Made by a program: the position numbers and the translations under genes. Below are positions 46,532 through 58,300 of a stretch of DNA of 64,000 bases, in pieces. The DNA comes from Centroscyllium fabricii (Eukaryota). The stretch spans positions 2,356,001 to 2,420,000 of the forward strand of contig JBNRSN020000089.1 in the NCBI GenBank assembly GCA_051313645.2. Reading direction: 5' to 3'. Positions within the stretch are counted from its first letter, which is position 1. Each line of letters starts with the position of its first letter. The notes under the pieces were generated by a model that was given only the letters and a program-made list of their open reading frames with translations, was not told the DNA's origin and did not search any database.

Positions 46532-47180
46532 CTGAAATGCGCCTACTTCAATGCAAGAAGTATACGTAACAAAGCAGGAGAGCTAGGGGCATGGATGGCG
46601 ACATGGGACTTCGATGTGTTGGCCATTACAGAGACGTGGCTGGAGCAGGGACATGATTGGATGCTTGGGGTTCAGGGAGACAGAAGCTTCTGTAGGAGCA
46701 GGGAGGTTGGAAAGCGCGGGGGTGATTAACACTGCTGGTCAAGGTCAGCATGACAGCTACAGGAAAACACTTTGAGGGGGACACACGAAGGGAGGTAGTA
46801 TGGGCGGAGCTTAGAAATAGGAAAGTGGCGGTAACGTTAGTGGGAGTCTTTTATAGACCACCAAATAGTAACAGGGAGGTGGAGGAGGAAATTGCGCGAC
46901 AAATAAAGGAAAGATGTGGGGGACTTAGGATAGTTATCTTGGGAGTTTTCAATTTCCCTGATATAGACTGGAATCTAGGTAGGTCAAAGAGTGCAGATGG
47001 AGAGATTTTCTTACAATGCGTGCAGGAAGGTTTCCTGACACAATACATGGAGGAACCAACAAGGGGGGGGGGGCAACGTTGGACCTGGTTCTGGGAAATG
47101 AAACAGGTCAAGTGGTAGAACTGGGGGTAAGGGAGCACTTTGGGGACAGTGACCACAACTCGGTGACGTTCACAATAATA
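46532..47180 (+). other. APE/exo-endo-phosphatase endonuclease domain remnant of ORF2
   Basis: Motifs NARS, ITETW, YRPP, G(V)FNFPDIDW (canonical GDFN, with the catalytic Asp apparently changed to Val), LDLVL and SDH (47148-47156). Confidence 0.88.
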
Positions 47181-47839
47181 ATGGAGAAGGACTGGAGCAT
47201 GAGGCAGGGTAAGGTATATAGCTGGGGGAGGGTAAATTACGACAGGGTTAGGCACGATTTAGCTAACATCGATTGGGAACGGGAACTTGCTGGGAGAGGA
47301 ATGGAAGAAAAATGGAGTGTGTTCAGGGAGCAAATTATGAAAGCCCTGGATAAGCATGTCCCGAGTAGGATGGGAAACAAGGGAAAGATGAGAGAACCGT
47401 GGATCACGAAAGAGGTAGAACAATTATTAAAGAAGAAGAAGGAGGCATATGATAGAATGAGAAAGCAGTGTACAGCAGGGGCGGGAAAGGAATACAAAGA
47501 AGCAAGGAAAGAACTGAAGAATGGGCTAAGGAAGGAAAAAGGAGGGCATGAGAAGGCATTCACGGGAAGGATAAAGGAGAACCCTAAGGCTTTCTATGCT
47601 TATGTAAGAAATAAAAGGATGACTAGGATAAGAGTAGGGCCGATCAAAGACGGCAAGGGAGAAATGTGCACGGAGTCAGAGGAAATTGGGGAAGAACTAA
47701 ATGAATATTTTGCGTCCGTGTTCACAAGGGAGAGGGAACTAAAAGTAGAGGAGGAATTCAAGATACAAGGGGAAAGGATGGGGGAGTAAATATTCAGAGG
47801 GGGGAGGTATTAGATATTTTGGAGAAACTGAAGGTAGAC

Positions 47840-48730
47840 AAATCTCCTGGGCTGGACGGGATATATCCAAGTATTCTCTGGGAAGCGAGGAACGAAATCG
47901 CAGAGCCACTGACCTCTATCTTTAGTTCCTCGCTATCCTCGGGGATAGTCCCTGAGGACTGGAGAGAGGCGAATGTGGTTCCTATATTTAAAAAGGGGAG
48001 CAGGGATGTGCCAGAGATCTACAGACCAGTCAGCCTTACCTCGGTTTTTGGAAATGTGATGGAAAGGGTCCTGAGGGACAGAATCTACGACCATCTAGAA
48101 AGGGGCAAATTAATCAGGAGCAGTCAGCACGGATTCGTTAAGGGCAAATCGTGCCTGACCAACCTGATAGAATTCTTTGAAGAGGTGAACAAAAGTGTGG
48201 ATGAGGGAAAGGCGGTTGATGTCATATATATGGACTTCAGCAAGGCGTTCGACAAGGTCCCGCACGGTCGACTCATGAAGAAAATAAGGAGTTGCGGGGT
48301 AAACAACGAAGTAGTGGGATGGATTGAGAACTGGCTGACTCAGAGAAAGCAGAGGGTAGTGGCAGAGTGCCAATACTCGGGTTGGAGACCAGTCACCAGT
48401 GGGGTGCCACAGGGGTCGGTGTTGGGGCCACTACTGTTTGTAATCTTTATCGATGACTTGGAGGAGGGGACTGAGGGGTGTGTCAGCAAATTTGCAGATG
48501 ACACAAAGATTAGGGGAGTAGTGGATGAGGAGGAAGGAAGTAGAAGGCTTCAGAGGGATATAGATAGGATGCAGAGCTGGGCTGAATAATGGCAAATGGA
48601 GTTCAACACGGGGAAATGCGAGGTGATACACTTCGGTAGGACAAATAGGAACAGGGAATATATGGTCAACGGCAGGGTCCTGAGTGAAACAGAGGAGCAA
48701 AGGGATCTGGGAGTATATGTACACAGATCA
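47840..48730 (+). other. Non-LTR reverse transcriptase domain remnant of ORF2
   Basis: Motifs KSPGLDG, YRPVSL, QHGF, DFSKAFD, GVPQGS, FADD (48491-48502), FNTGKC and DLGV. One in-frame TAA at 48587. Confidence 0.92.
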
Positions 48731-49297
48731 TTGAAGGCTGCCACCCAGGTGGATAAGGCAGTAAAAAAGGCCTATGGTGTATTGGCCTTCACCAACAGGG
48801 GAATAGAGTTTAAGAACCGGGAGGTCATCCTACAGCTGTACCGGTCACTGGTGAGACCACACATGGAGTACTGTGTACAGTTCTGGGCACCGTACTAGAG
48901 GAGGGATGTGGAGACATTGGAGAGGGTGCAGAGGAGATTCACCAGGATGCTGCCGGGAATGGGGGGAAAGTCGAATGAGGAGAGGTTGAGGGAGCTGGGA
49001 CTCTTCTCCCTGGAGCGGAGAAGGAAGAGGGGGGACTTAATAGAGATGTTCAAGATGATGAAGGGGATCGATAGAGTAAACGTGCATAGACTGTTTCCCC
49101 GGGTGGGAAGAACGACAACAAGAGGGTAGGAGCACAAGATTCAAGGAGGAAGATTCAGAAGCGATGGCAGGGGCAAGTTCTTTACACAGAGAGTGGTAGG
49201 GGAGTGGAATAGGCTTCCATCTGAAAAAGTGGATGTGGACAGTCTGGGAGCTTTTAAAAGGATGATAGATAGGTACAAGGAGGGGAAGGAAGATTAG

Positions 49298-49395
49298 GGG
49301 AGACAGGAAAAATCAGAGAAGGACTAAGCATGGCAATACATTGAGGACCCAAGGGCCTGTACAGTGCAGTATGTTCGATGTTCTATGTTCTATGT
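49298..49395 (+). other. CR1 3' UTR with short hairpin and (ATGTTCT)n terminal microsatellite
   Basis: Imperfect inverted repeat AGG-a-CCC-aa-GGG-CCT (49344-49358), then atgttcg-atgttct-atgttct-atgt (49371-49395). A hairpin plus a short tandem tail is the established 3' structure of CR1 elements. Confidence 0.85.
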
Positions 49396-52300
49396 AATGT
49401 CCATCTATGTACAATATATCAGACAACATCCATCTGTGAACAATACATCAGACAATATCAATCTGTGTACAATATATCAGACAATGTCCATCTGTGTACA
49501 ATACATCAGACAATGTCCATCTGTGTAAAATACATCAGACAATGGCCATCTGTGTACAGTACATCAGACAATGTCCATCTGTGAACAATACATCAGACAA
49601 TAACCATCTGTGTACATTATATTAGATAATATCCATCTGTGTACAATACATCAGACAATGACCATCTGTGAACAATAAATCTGACAATGTACATCTGTGA
49701 ACAATACATCAGACAATATCCATCTGTGTACAGTACATCAGACAATGTCCATCTGTGAACTATACATCAGACATTAACCATCTGTGTACATTATATCAGA
49801 TAATATCCATCTGTGTACAATACATCAGACAATGTCCATCTGTGTACAATACATCAGACAATATCCATCTCTGAACTATACATCAGACAAAGTCCATCTG
49901 TGTACAATATATCAGACAATATCCATCGGTGTACAATACATCAGACATTATCCATCTGTATACAATACATCAGACATTATCCATCTGTGTACAATACATC
50001 AGACAATATCCATCTGTGAACAATACATCAGACAATGTCCATCTGTGTACAATAAGTCAGACAATGTCCATCTGTGTACAATACATAAGACAATGTCCAT
50101 CTTGTGTAGAATACATCAGACAATGTCCATCTGTGTAGAATACATCAGACAATGTCCATCTGTGAACAATACATCAGACAATATCCATCTGTGAACAATA
50201 CATCAGACAATATCCATCTGTGTACAATACATCAGACAATGTCCATCTGTACAATACATCAAATAATATCCATCTGTGTACAATACATCAGACAATGTCC
50301 ATCTGTGAACTATACATCAGACAATGTCCATCTGTGAACAATACATCAGACAATGTCCATCTATGCACAATACATCAGACATTATCCATCTTGTGTACAA
50401 TAAATCAGACAATATCCATCTGTGTACAATACATCAGACAATGTCCATCTGTGTACAATACATCAGACAATGGCCATCTGTGTACAATACATCAGACAAT
50501 GTCCATCTGTGAACAATACATCAGACAATATCCATCTGTGTACATTATATCAGATAATATCCATCTGTGTACAATACATCAGACAATGACCATCTGTGAA
50601 CAATACATCTGACAATGTCCATCTGTGAACAATACATCAGACAATATCCATCTGTGTACAATACATCAGACAATATCGATCTGTGTACAATACATCAGAC
50701 AATGTCTAACTGTGGACAATACATCAGACAATGTCCATCTGTGTACAATACATCAGACAATATCCATCTCTGAACTATACATCAGACATTATCCATCTGT
50801 GTACAATACTTCAGACATGGTCCATCTGTGAACAATATATCAGTCATTATCCATCTGTGTACAATCCATCAGACAACATCGATCTGTGTACAATACATCA
50901 GAGAATGTCCATCTGTGTACAGTACATCAGACAATATCTATCTGTGAACAATATATCAGACAATGTCCATCTGTGTACAATATATCAGACAATATCCATC
51001 TGTGTACATTACATCAGACAATGTCAAACAGTGAACAATACATCAGACAATGTCCATCTGTGTACAATACATCAGACAATGTCCATCTGTGTACAATACA
51101 TCAGACAATATGCATATGTGTACAATACATCAGACAATGTCCATCTGTGTACAATACATCAGACAATTTCCATCAGTGAACAATACATCAGACAATATCC
51201 ATCTGTGTACAATACATCAGACAATGTCCATCTGTGCACAATACATCAGACAATGTCCATCTGTGAACAATGCATCAGACAATGTCCATCCATGTACAAT
51301 ACATCAGACATTGTCCATCTGTGTACAATATATCAGATATTATTCATCTGTGTACAATACATCAGAAAATGTCCATCTGTGTACAATGCATCAGACAATG
51401 TCCATCTGTGAACAATACATCAGACAATACCAATCGTGTACAAAACATCAGTCATTGTCCATCTGTGTACAATACATCAGACAGTATCCATCTGTGTACA
51501 ATACATCAGACATTGTCCGCCTGTGTACAATACATCAGACAATGTCCATCTGTGAACAATACATCAGACAATGTCCATCTGTGTACAATACATCAGACAA
51601 TGTCCATCTGTCAACAATACATCAGACAATATCCATCTGTGTACAATATACCAGACAATGCCCATCTGTGAACAATACATCAGACAAGGTCCATCTGTGA
51701 ACAATACAACAGACATTGTCCATCTGTGTACAATAGATCAGACATTTTCCATCTGTGTACAATACTCAGACATTTTCCATCTGTGTACAATACATCAGAA
51801 AATATCTATCTGTGTACAATACATCCGACAATGACCATCTGTGAACAATACATCAGACAATGTCCATCTTTGAACAATACATCAGACAATGTCCATCTGT
51901 GTACAATACATCAGACAATGTCCTTCTGTGTACAATACATCAGACAATATCCATCTGTGAACAATACATCAGACAATGTTCATCTGTGTGCAATACATCA
52001 GAAAATGTCCATGTGTGAACAATCCATTTGACAATATCCATTTTTTTACAGTACATCAGACAAAGTCCATCTGTGTACAATACATCAGACAATGTCCATC
52101 TGTGAACAAAACATCAGACAATATCCATCTCTGAACAATACATCAGAGGATGTCCATCTGTGTACAATAAATCAGACAATATCCATCTGTGTACAATATA
52201 TCAGACATTATCCATCTGTATAAAATACATCAGACATTATCCATCTGTGTACAATACATCAGACAATATCCATCTGTGTACAGTACATCAGACAATATCC

Positions 52301-55300
52301 ATCTGTGTACAATACATAAGACAATGTCCATCTGTGAACAATACATCAGACAATGTCCGTCTGTGTACAATACATCAGACAATGTCCATCTGTGTACAAT
52401 ACATCAGACAATGTCCATCTGTGTACAATACGTCAGACAATGTCCATCTGTGTAGAATACATCAGACAATATCCATCTCTGAACAATACATCAGACAATG
52501 TCCATCTGTGTACAATACATCAGACAATATCCATCTGTGTACAATACATCAGGCAATGTCCATCTGTGTACAATACATCAGACAATGTCCATCTGTGAAC
52601 AATACATCAGAAAATATCCATCTGTGAACAATACATCAGACAATATCCATCTGTGTACAATACATCAGACAATGGCCATCTGTACAATACATCAGAAAAT
52701 GTCCATCTGTGTACAATACATCAGACATTATCCATCTGTATACAATACATCAGACAATGTCCATCTGTGAACAATACATCAGACAATATCCATCTATGAA
52801 CAACACATCAGACAACATCCATCTGTGTACAGTACTTCAGACAATGTCCATCTGTGTACAATACATCAGACAACATCCATCTGTGTACAGTACTTCAGAC
52901 AATGTCCATCTGTGTACAATACTTCAGACAATATCCATCTGTGTACAATATATCAGACAATGTCCATCTGTGAACAATACATCAGACAATGTCCATCTGT
53001 GTACAATACTTCAGACAATGTCCATCTGTGTACAGTACATCAGACAATGTCCATCTGTGTATAGTACGTCAGACAATGTCCTTCTTTGAACAGTACATCA
53101 GACTATGTCCATCTGTGTACAATAAATCTGACACTGTCCACCTGTGTACAATACATCAAAAAATGTCCACCTGTGAACAATACATAAGAAAATATCCATC
53201 TGTGTACAGTACATCAGAGTATGTCCATCTGTGTACAATACATCAGAAAATGTCCATCTGTGAACAATACATAAGACATTATCCATCTGTGTACAATACA
53301 TCAGACATTATCCATCTGTGTACAATACATCAGACATTATCTACCTGTGAACAATACATCAGACAATATCCATCTGTGTACAATACATCAGACAAATGTC
53401 CATCTGTGTACAATACATCAGACAATATCCATCTGTGTACAATACATCAGACAATGTCCATCTGTGTCCAATACATCAGACAATATCCATCTGTGAACAA
53501 TACATCAGAAAATGTCCAACTGTGCACAATACATAAGACATTATCAATCTGTGTACAATACATCAGACATTATCCACCATTGTACAATACATCCGAGAAT
53601 ATCCATCTGTGAATAATACATCAGAAAATGTCCATCTGTGTACAATACATCAGACATTATCCATCTGTGAACAATACATCAGACAATAACCATCTGTGTA
53701 CAATACATCAGACAATATACATCTGTGTACAATACATCAGTAAATGTCCATCTGTGTACAATACATCAGACAATATCCATCTGTGTACAATACATCAGAC
53801 ATTATCCATCTGTGAACAATACATCAGACATTACCCATCTGTGTACAATACATCAGGCATGGTCCATCTGTGAACAATACATCAGTCTTTATCCATCTGT
53901 GTACAATCCATCAGAAAACATCCATCTGTGTACAATACATCAGAGAATGTCCATCTGTGTACAGTACATCAGACTATATCTATCTGTGAACAATATATCA
54001 GACAATGTCCATCTGTGTACAATATATCAGACAATGTCCATCTGTGAACAATACGTCTGACAATGTCCATCTTTGAACAATACATCAGACAATGTCCATC
54101 TGTGTACAATACATCAGACAATATCCATCTGTGAACAATACATCAGACAATGTTCATCTGTGTACAATACATCAGAAAATGTCCATCTGTGAACAATCCA
54201 TTAGACAATATCCATTTTTGTACAGTACATCAGACAAAGTCCATCTGTGTACAATACATCAGACAATGTCCATTTGTGAACAAAACATCAGACAATATCC
54301 ATCTCTGAACAATACATCTGAGGATGTCCATCTGTGTACAATACATCAGACAATATCCATCTGTGTACAATATATCAGACATTATCCATCTGTATACAAT
54401 ACATCAGACATTATCCATCTGTGTACAATACATCAGACAATATCCGTCTGTGAACAATACATCAGACAATGTCCATCTGTGTACAATACTTCAGACAATG
54501 TCCAACTGTGTACAATACTTAAGACAATGTCCATCTAGAGTGCAATACATCAGACAATGTCCATTTGTGTAAAATACATCAGACAATGTCCATCTGTGAA
54601 CAATACATCAGACAATATCCATCTGTGAACAATACATCAGACAATATCCATCTGTGTACAATACATCAGACATTGTCCATCTGTACAATACATCGGACAA
54701 TGTCCATCTGTGTACAATACATCAGACATTATCTATCTGTGTACAATACATCAGACAATGTCCATCTGTGAACAATAAATCATACAATATCCATCTGTCA
54801 ACAATACATCAGACAATGTCCATCTGTTTACAATACATCAGACAATATCCATCTGTGTACAATATATCAGACAATATCCATCTGTGTACAGTATATCAGA
54901 CAATGTCCATCTGTGTACAATACAACAGAAAATATCCATCTGTGTGCAATACATCAGACAATGTCCATCTGTGAACAATACATCAGACAATGTCCATCTG
55001 TGTACAATACATCAGACAATTTCCATCTGTGTACAGTACATCAGACAATGTCCATCTTTTTACAGTACATCAAACAATGTCCTTCTGTGTACAATACATC
55101 ATACAATGTCCATCTGTGAACAATACATCAGACAACATTCATCTGTGAACAAAACATCAGACAATATCCATCTGTGTACAGTACATCAGACAATGTCCTT
55201 CTGTACAATACATCAGACAATGTCCATCTTTGAACAATACATCAGACAATGTCCATCTGTGTACAATACATCTGACAATATACATCTATGTACAATACAT

Positions 55301-58300
55301 CAGACAATATCCATCTGTGTACAGTACATCAGACAATATCCATCTGTGTACAATACATCAGACAATGTCCATCTGTGAACAATACATCAGACAATGTCCG
55401 TTCGTGTACAATACATCAGACAATGTCCATCTGTGTACAATACATCAGACAATGTCCATCTGTGTACAATACGTCAGACAATGTCCATCTGTGTAGAATA
55501 CATCAGACAATATCCATCTCTGAACAATACATCAGACAATGTCCATCTGTGTACAATATATCAGACAATATCCATCTGTGTACAGTACATCAGACAATAT
55601 CCATCTGTGTACAATACATCAGACAATGTCCATCTGTGAACCATACATCAGAAAATGTCCGTCTGTGTACAATACATCAGACAATGTCCATCTGTGTACA
55701 ATACATCAGACAATGTCCATCTGTGTACAATACGTCAGACAATGTCCATCTGTGTAGAATACATCAGACAATATCCATCTCTGAACAATACATCAGACAA
55801 TGTCCATCTGTGTACAATACATCAGACAATATCCATCTGTGTACAATACATCAGACAATGTCCATCTGTGTACAATACATCAGACAATGTCCATCTGTGA
55901 ACAACACATCAGACAATATCCATCTGTGAACAATACATCAGACAATATCCATCTGTGTACAATACATCAGACAATGGCCATCTGTACAATACATCAGAAA
56001 ATGTCCATCTGTGTACAATACATCAGACATTATCCATCTGTATACAATACATCAGACAATGTCCATCTGTGAACAATGCATCAGACAATATCCATCAATG
56101 AACAATACATCAGACAACATCCATCTGTGTACAGTACTTCAGACAATGTCCATCTGTGTACAATACATCAGACAACATCCATCTGTGTACAGTACTTCAG
56201 ACAATGTCCATCTGTGTACAATACTTCAAACAATATCCATCTTTGTACAATATATCAGACAATGTCCATCTGTGAACAATACATCAGACAATGTCCATCT
56301 GTGTACAATACTTCAGACAATGTCCATCTGTGTACAGTACATCAGACAATGTCCATCTGTGTATAGTACGTCAGACAATGTCCTTCTTTGAACAGTACAT
56401 CAGACTATGTCCATCTGTGTACAATAAATCTGACACTGTCCATCTGTGTACAATACATCTGAAAATGTCCACCTGTGAACAATACATAAGAAAATATCCA
56501 TCTGTGTACAGTACATCAGAGAATGTCCATCTGTGTACAATACATCAGAAAATGTCCATCTGTGAACAATACATAAGACATTATCCAACTGTGCACAATA
56601 CATCAGACATTATCCATCTGTGTACAATACATCAGATATTATCTACCTGTGAACAATACATCAGACAATATCCATCTGTGTACAATACATCAGACAAATG
56701 TCCATCTGTGTACAATATATCAGACAATATCCATCTGTGTACAATACATCAGACAATGTCCATCTGTGTCCAATATATCAGACAATATCCATCTGTGAAC
56801 AATACATCAGAAAATGTCCAACTGTGCACAAAACATAAGACATTATCAATTTGTGTACAATACATCAGACATTATCCACCATTGTACAATACATCCGAGA
56901 ATATCCATCTGTGAATAATACATCAGAAAATGTCCATCTGTGTACAATACATCAGACATTATCCATCTGTGAACAATACATCAGACAATAACCATCTGTG
57001 TACAATACATCAGACAATATCCATCTGTGTACAATACATCAGTAAATGTCCATCTGTGTACAATACATCAGACAATATCCATTTGTGTACAATATATCAG
57101 ACATTATCCATCTGTGAACAATACATCAGACATTACCCATCTGTGTACAATACATCAGACATGTGCCATCTGTGAACAATACATCAGTCTTTATCCATCT
57201 GTGTACAATCCATCAGAAAACATCCATCTGTGTACAATACATCAGAGAATGTCCATCTGTGTACAGTACATCAGACAATATCTATCTGTGAACAATATAT
57301 CAGACAATGTCCGTCTGTGTACAATACATCAGACAATGTCCATCTGTGAACAATACATCAGACAATGTCCATCTTTGAACAATACATCAGACAATGTCCA
57401 TCTGTGTACAATACATCAGACAATGTCCATCTGTGTACAATACATCAGACAATATCCATCTGTGAACAATACATCAGACAATGTTTATCTGTGTACAATA
57501 CATCAGAAAATGTCCATCTGTGAACAACCCATTAGACAATATCCATTTTTGTACAGTACATCAGACAAAATCCATCTGTGTACAATACATCAGACAATGT
57601 CCATCTGTGAACAAAACATCAGACAATATCCATCTCTGAACAATACATCTGAGGATGTCCATCTGTGTACAATACATCAGACAATATCCATCTGTGTACA
57701 ATATATCAGACATTATCCATCTGTATACAATACATCAGACATTATCCATCTGTGTACAATACATCAGACAATATCCATCTGTGAACAATCCATCAGACAA
57801 TGTCCATCTGTGTACAATACTTCAGACAATGTCCAACTGTGTACAATACTTAAGACAATGTCCATCTAGAGTGCAATACATCAGACAATGTCCACTTGTG
57901 TACAATACATCAGACAATGTCCATCTGTGAACAATACATCAGACAATATCCATCTGTGAACAATACATCAGACAATATCCATCTGTGTACAATACATCAG
58001 ACATTGTCCATCTGTACAATACATCGGACAATGTCCATCTGTGTACAATACATCAGACATTATCTATCTGTGTACAATACATCAGACAATGTCCATCTGT
58101 GAACAATAAATCATACAATATCCATCTGTCAACAATCAATCAGACAATGTCCATCTGTTTACAATACATCAGACAATATCCATCTGTGTACAATATATCA
58201 GAAAATATCCATCTGTGTACAGTATATCAGACAATGTCCATCTGTGTACAATACATCAGAAAATATCCATCTGTGTGCAATACATCAGACAATGTCCATC

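Larger units (their letters stand above)
46532..49297 (+). pseudogene. Disrupted CR1 ORF2 (apurinic-like endonuclease + reverse transcriptase)
   Basis: Manual translation gives LKCAYFNARSIRNK...LAITETWL (from 46532), GVFYRPP, PTRG(G)[71 protein letters not shown], and the C-terminus FFTQRVVGEWNRLP...AFKRMIDRY..ED* (TAG 49295-49297). Frameshifts lie at ~46724, ~47063-47073 and ~47780-47784. In-frame stops are TAA 48587, TAG 48896 and TAG 49127. The original start may be ATG 46443, with one more frameshift at ~46530. Confidence 0.93.
46433..49395 (+). mobile_element. CR1-clade LINE (non-LTR retrotransposon), 5'-truncated, inactive
   Basis: Abrupt switch to purine/G-rich non-repetitive sequence at tggccagagg. 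It carries APE endonuclease and RT motifs typical of CR1 ORF2, a short 3' UTR, and a 7-bp microsatellite tail instead of poly(A). No ORF1 or 5' UTR is recognisable. Confidence 0.96.

Noticed and set aside
46344-46535. Satellite-LINE fusion ORF (63 aa)
   Set aside because: Expected by chance because the satellite is stop-poor. It terminates at 46535, before the endonuclease frame.
46851-49137. Minus-strand ORFs inside the LINE (46851-47255, 47237-47563, 48110-48373, 48431-48724, 48895-49137)
   Set aside because: Antisense shadows of ORF2 with no recognisable motifs.
46433-49395. RT next to a repeat array as a retron, DGR, RT-CRISPR or telomerase-like repeat-synthesising system
   Set aside because: The RT is an ordinary CR1 LINE ORF2 with an APE domain and a CR1 tail, disabled by stops and frameshifts. 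Nothing in the sequence shows it templating the satellite.
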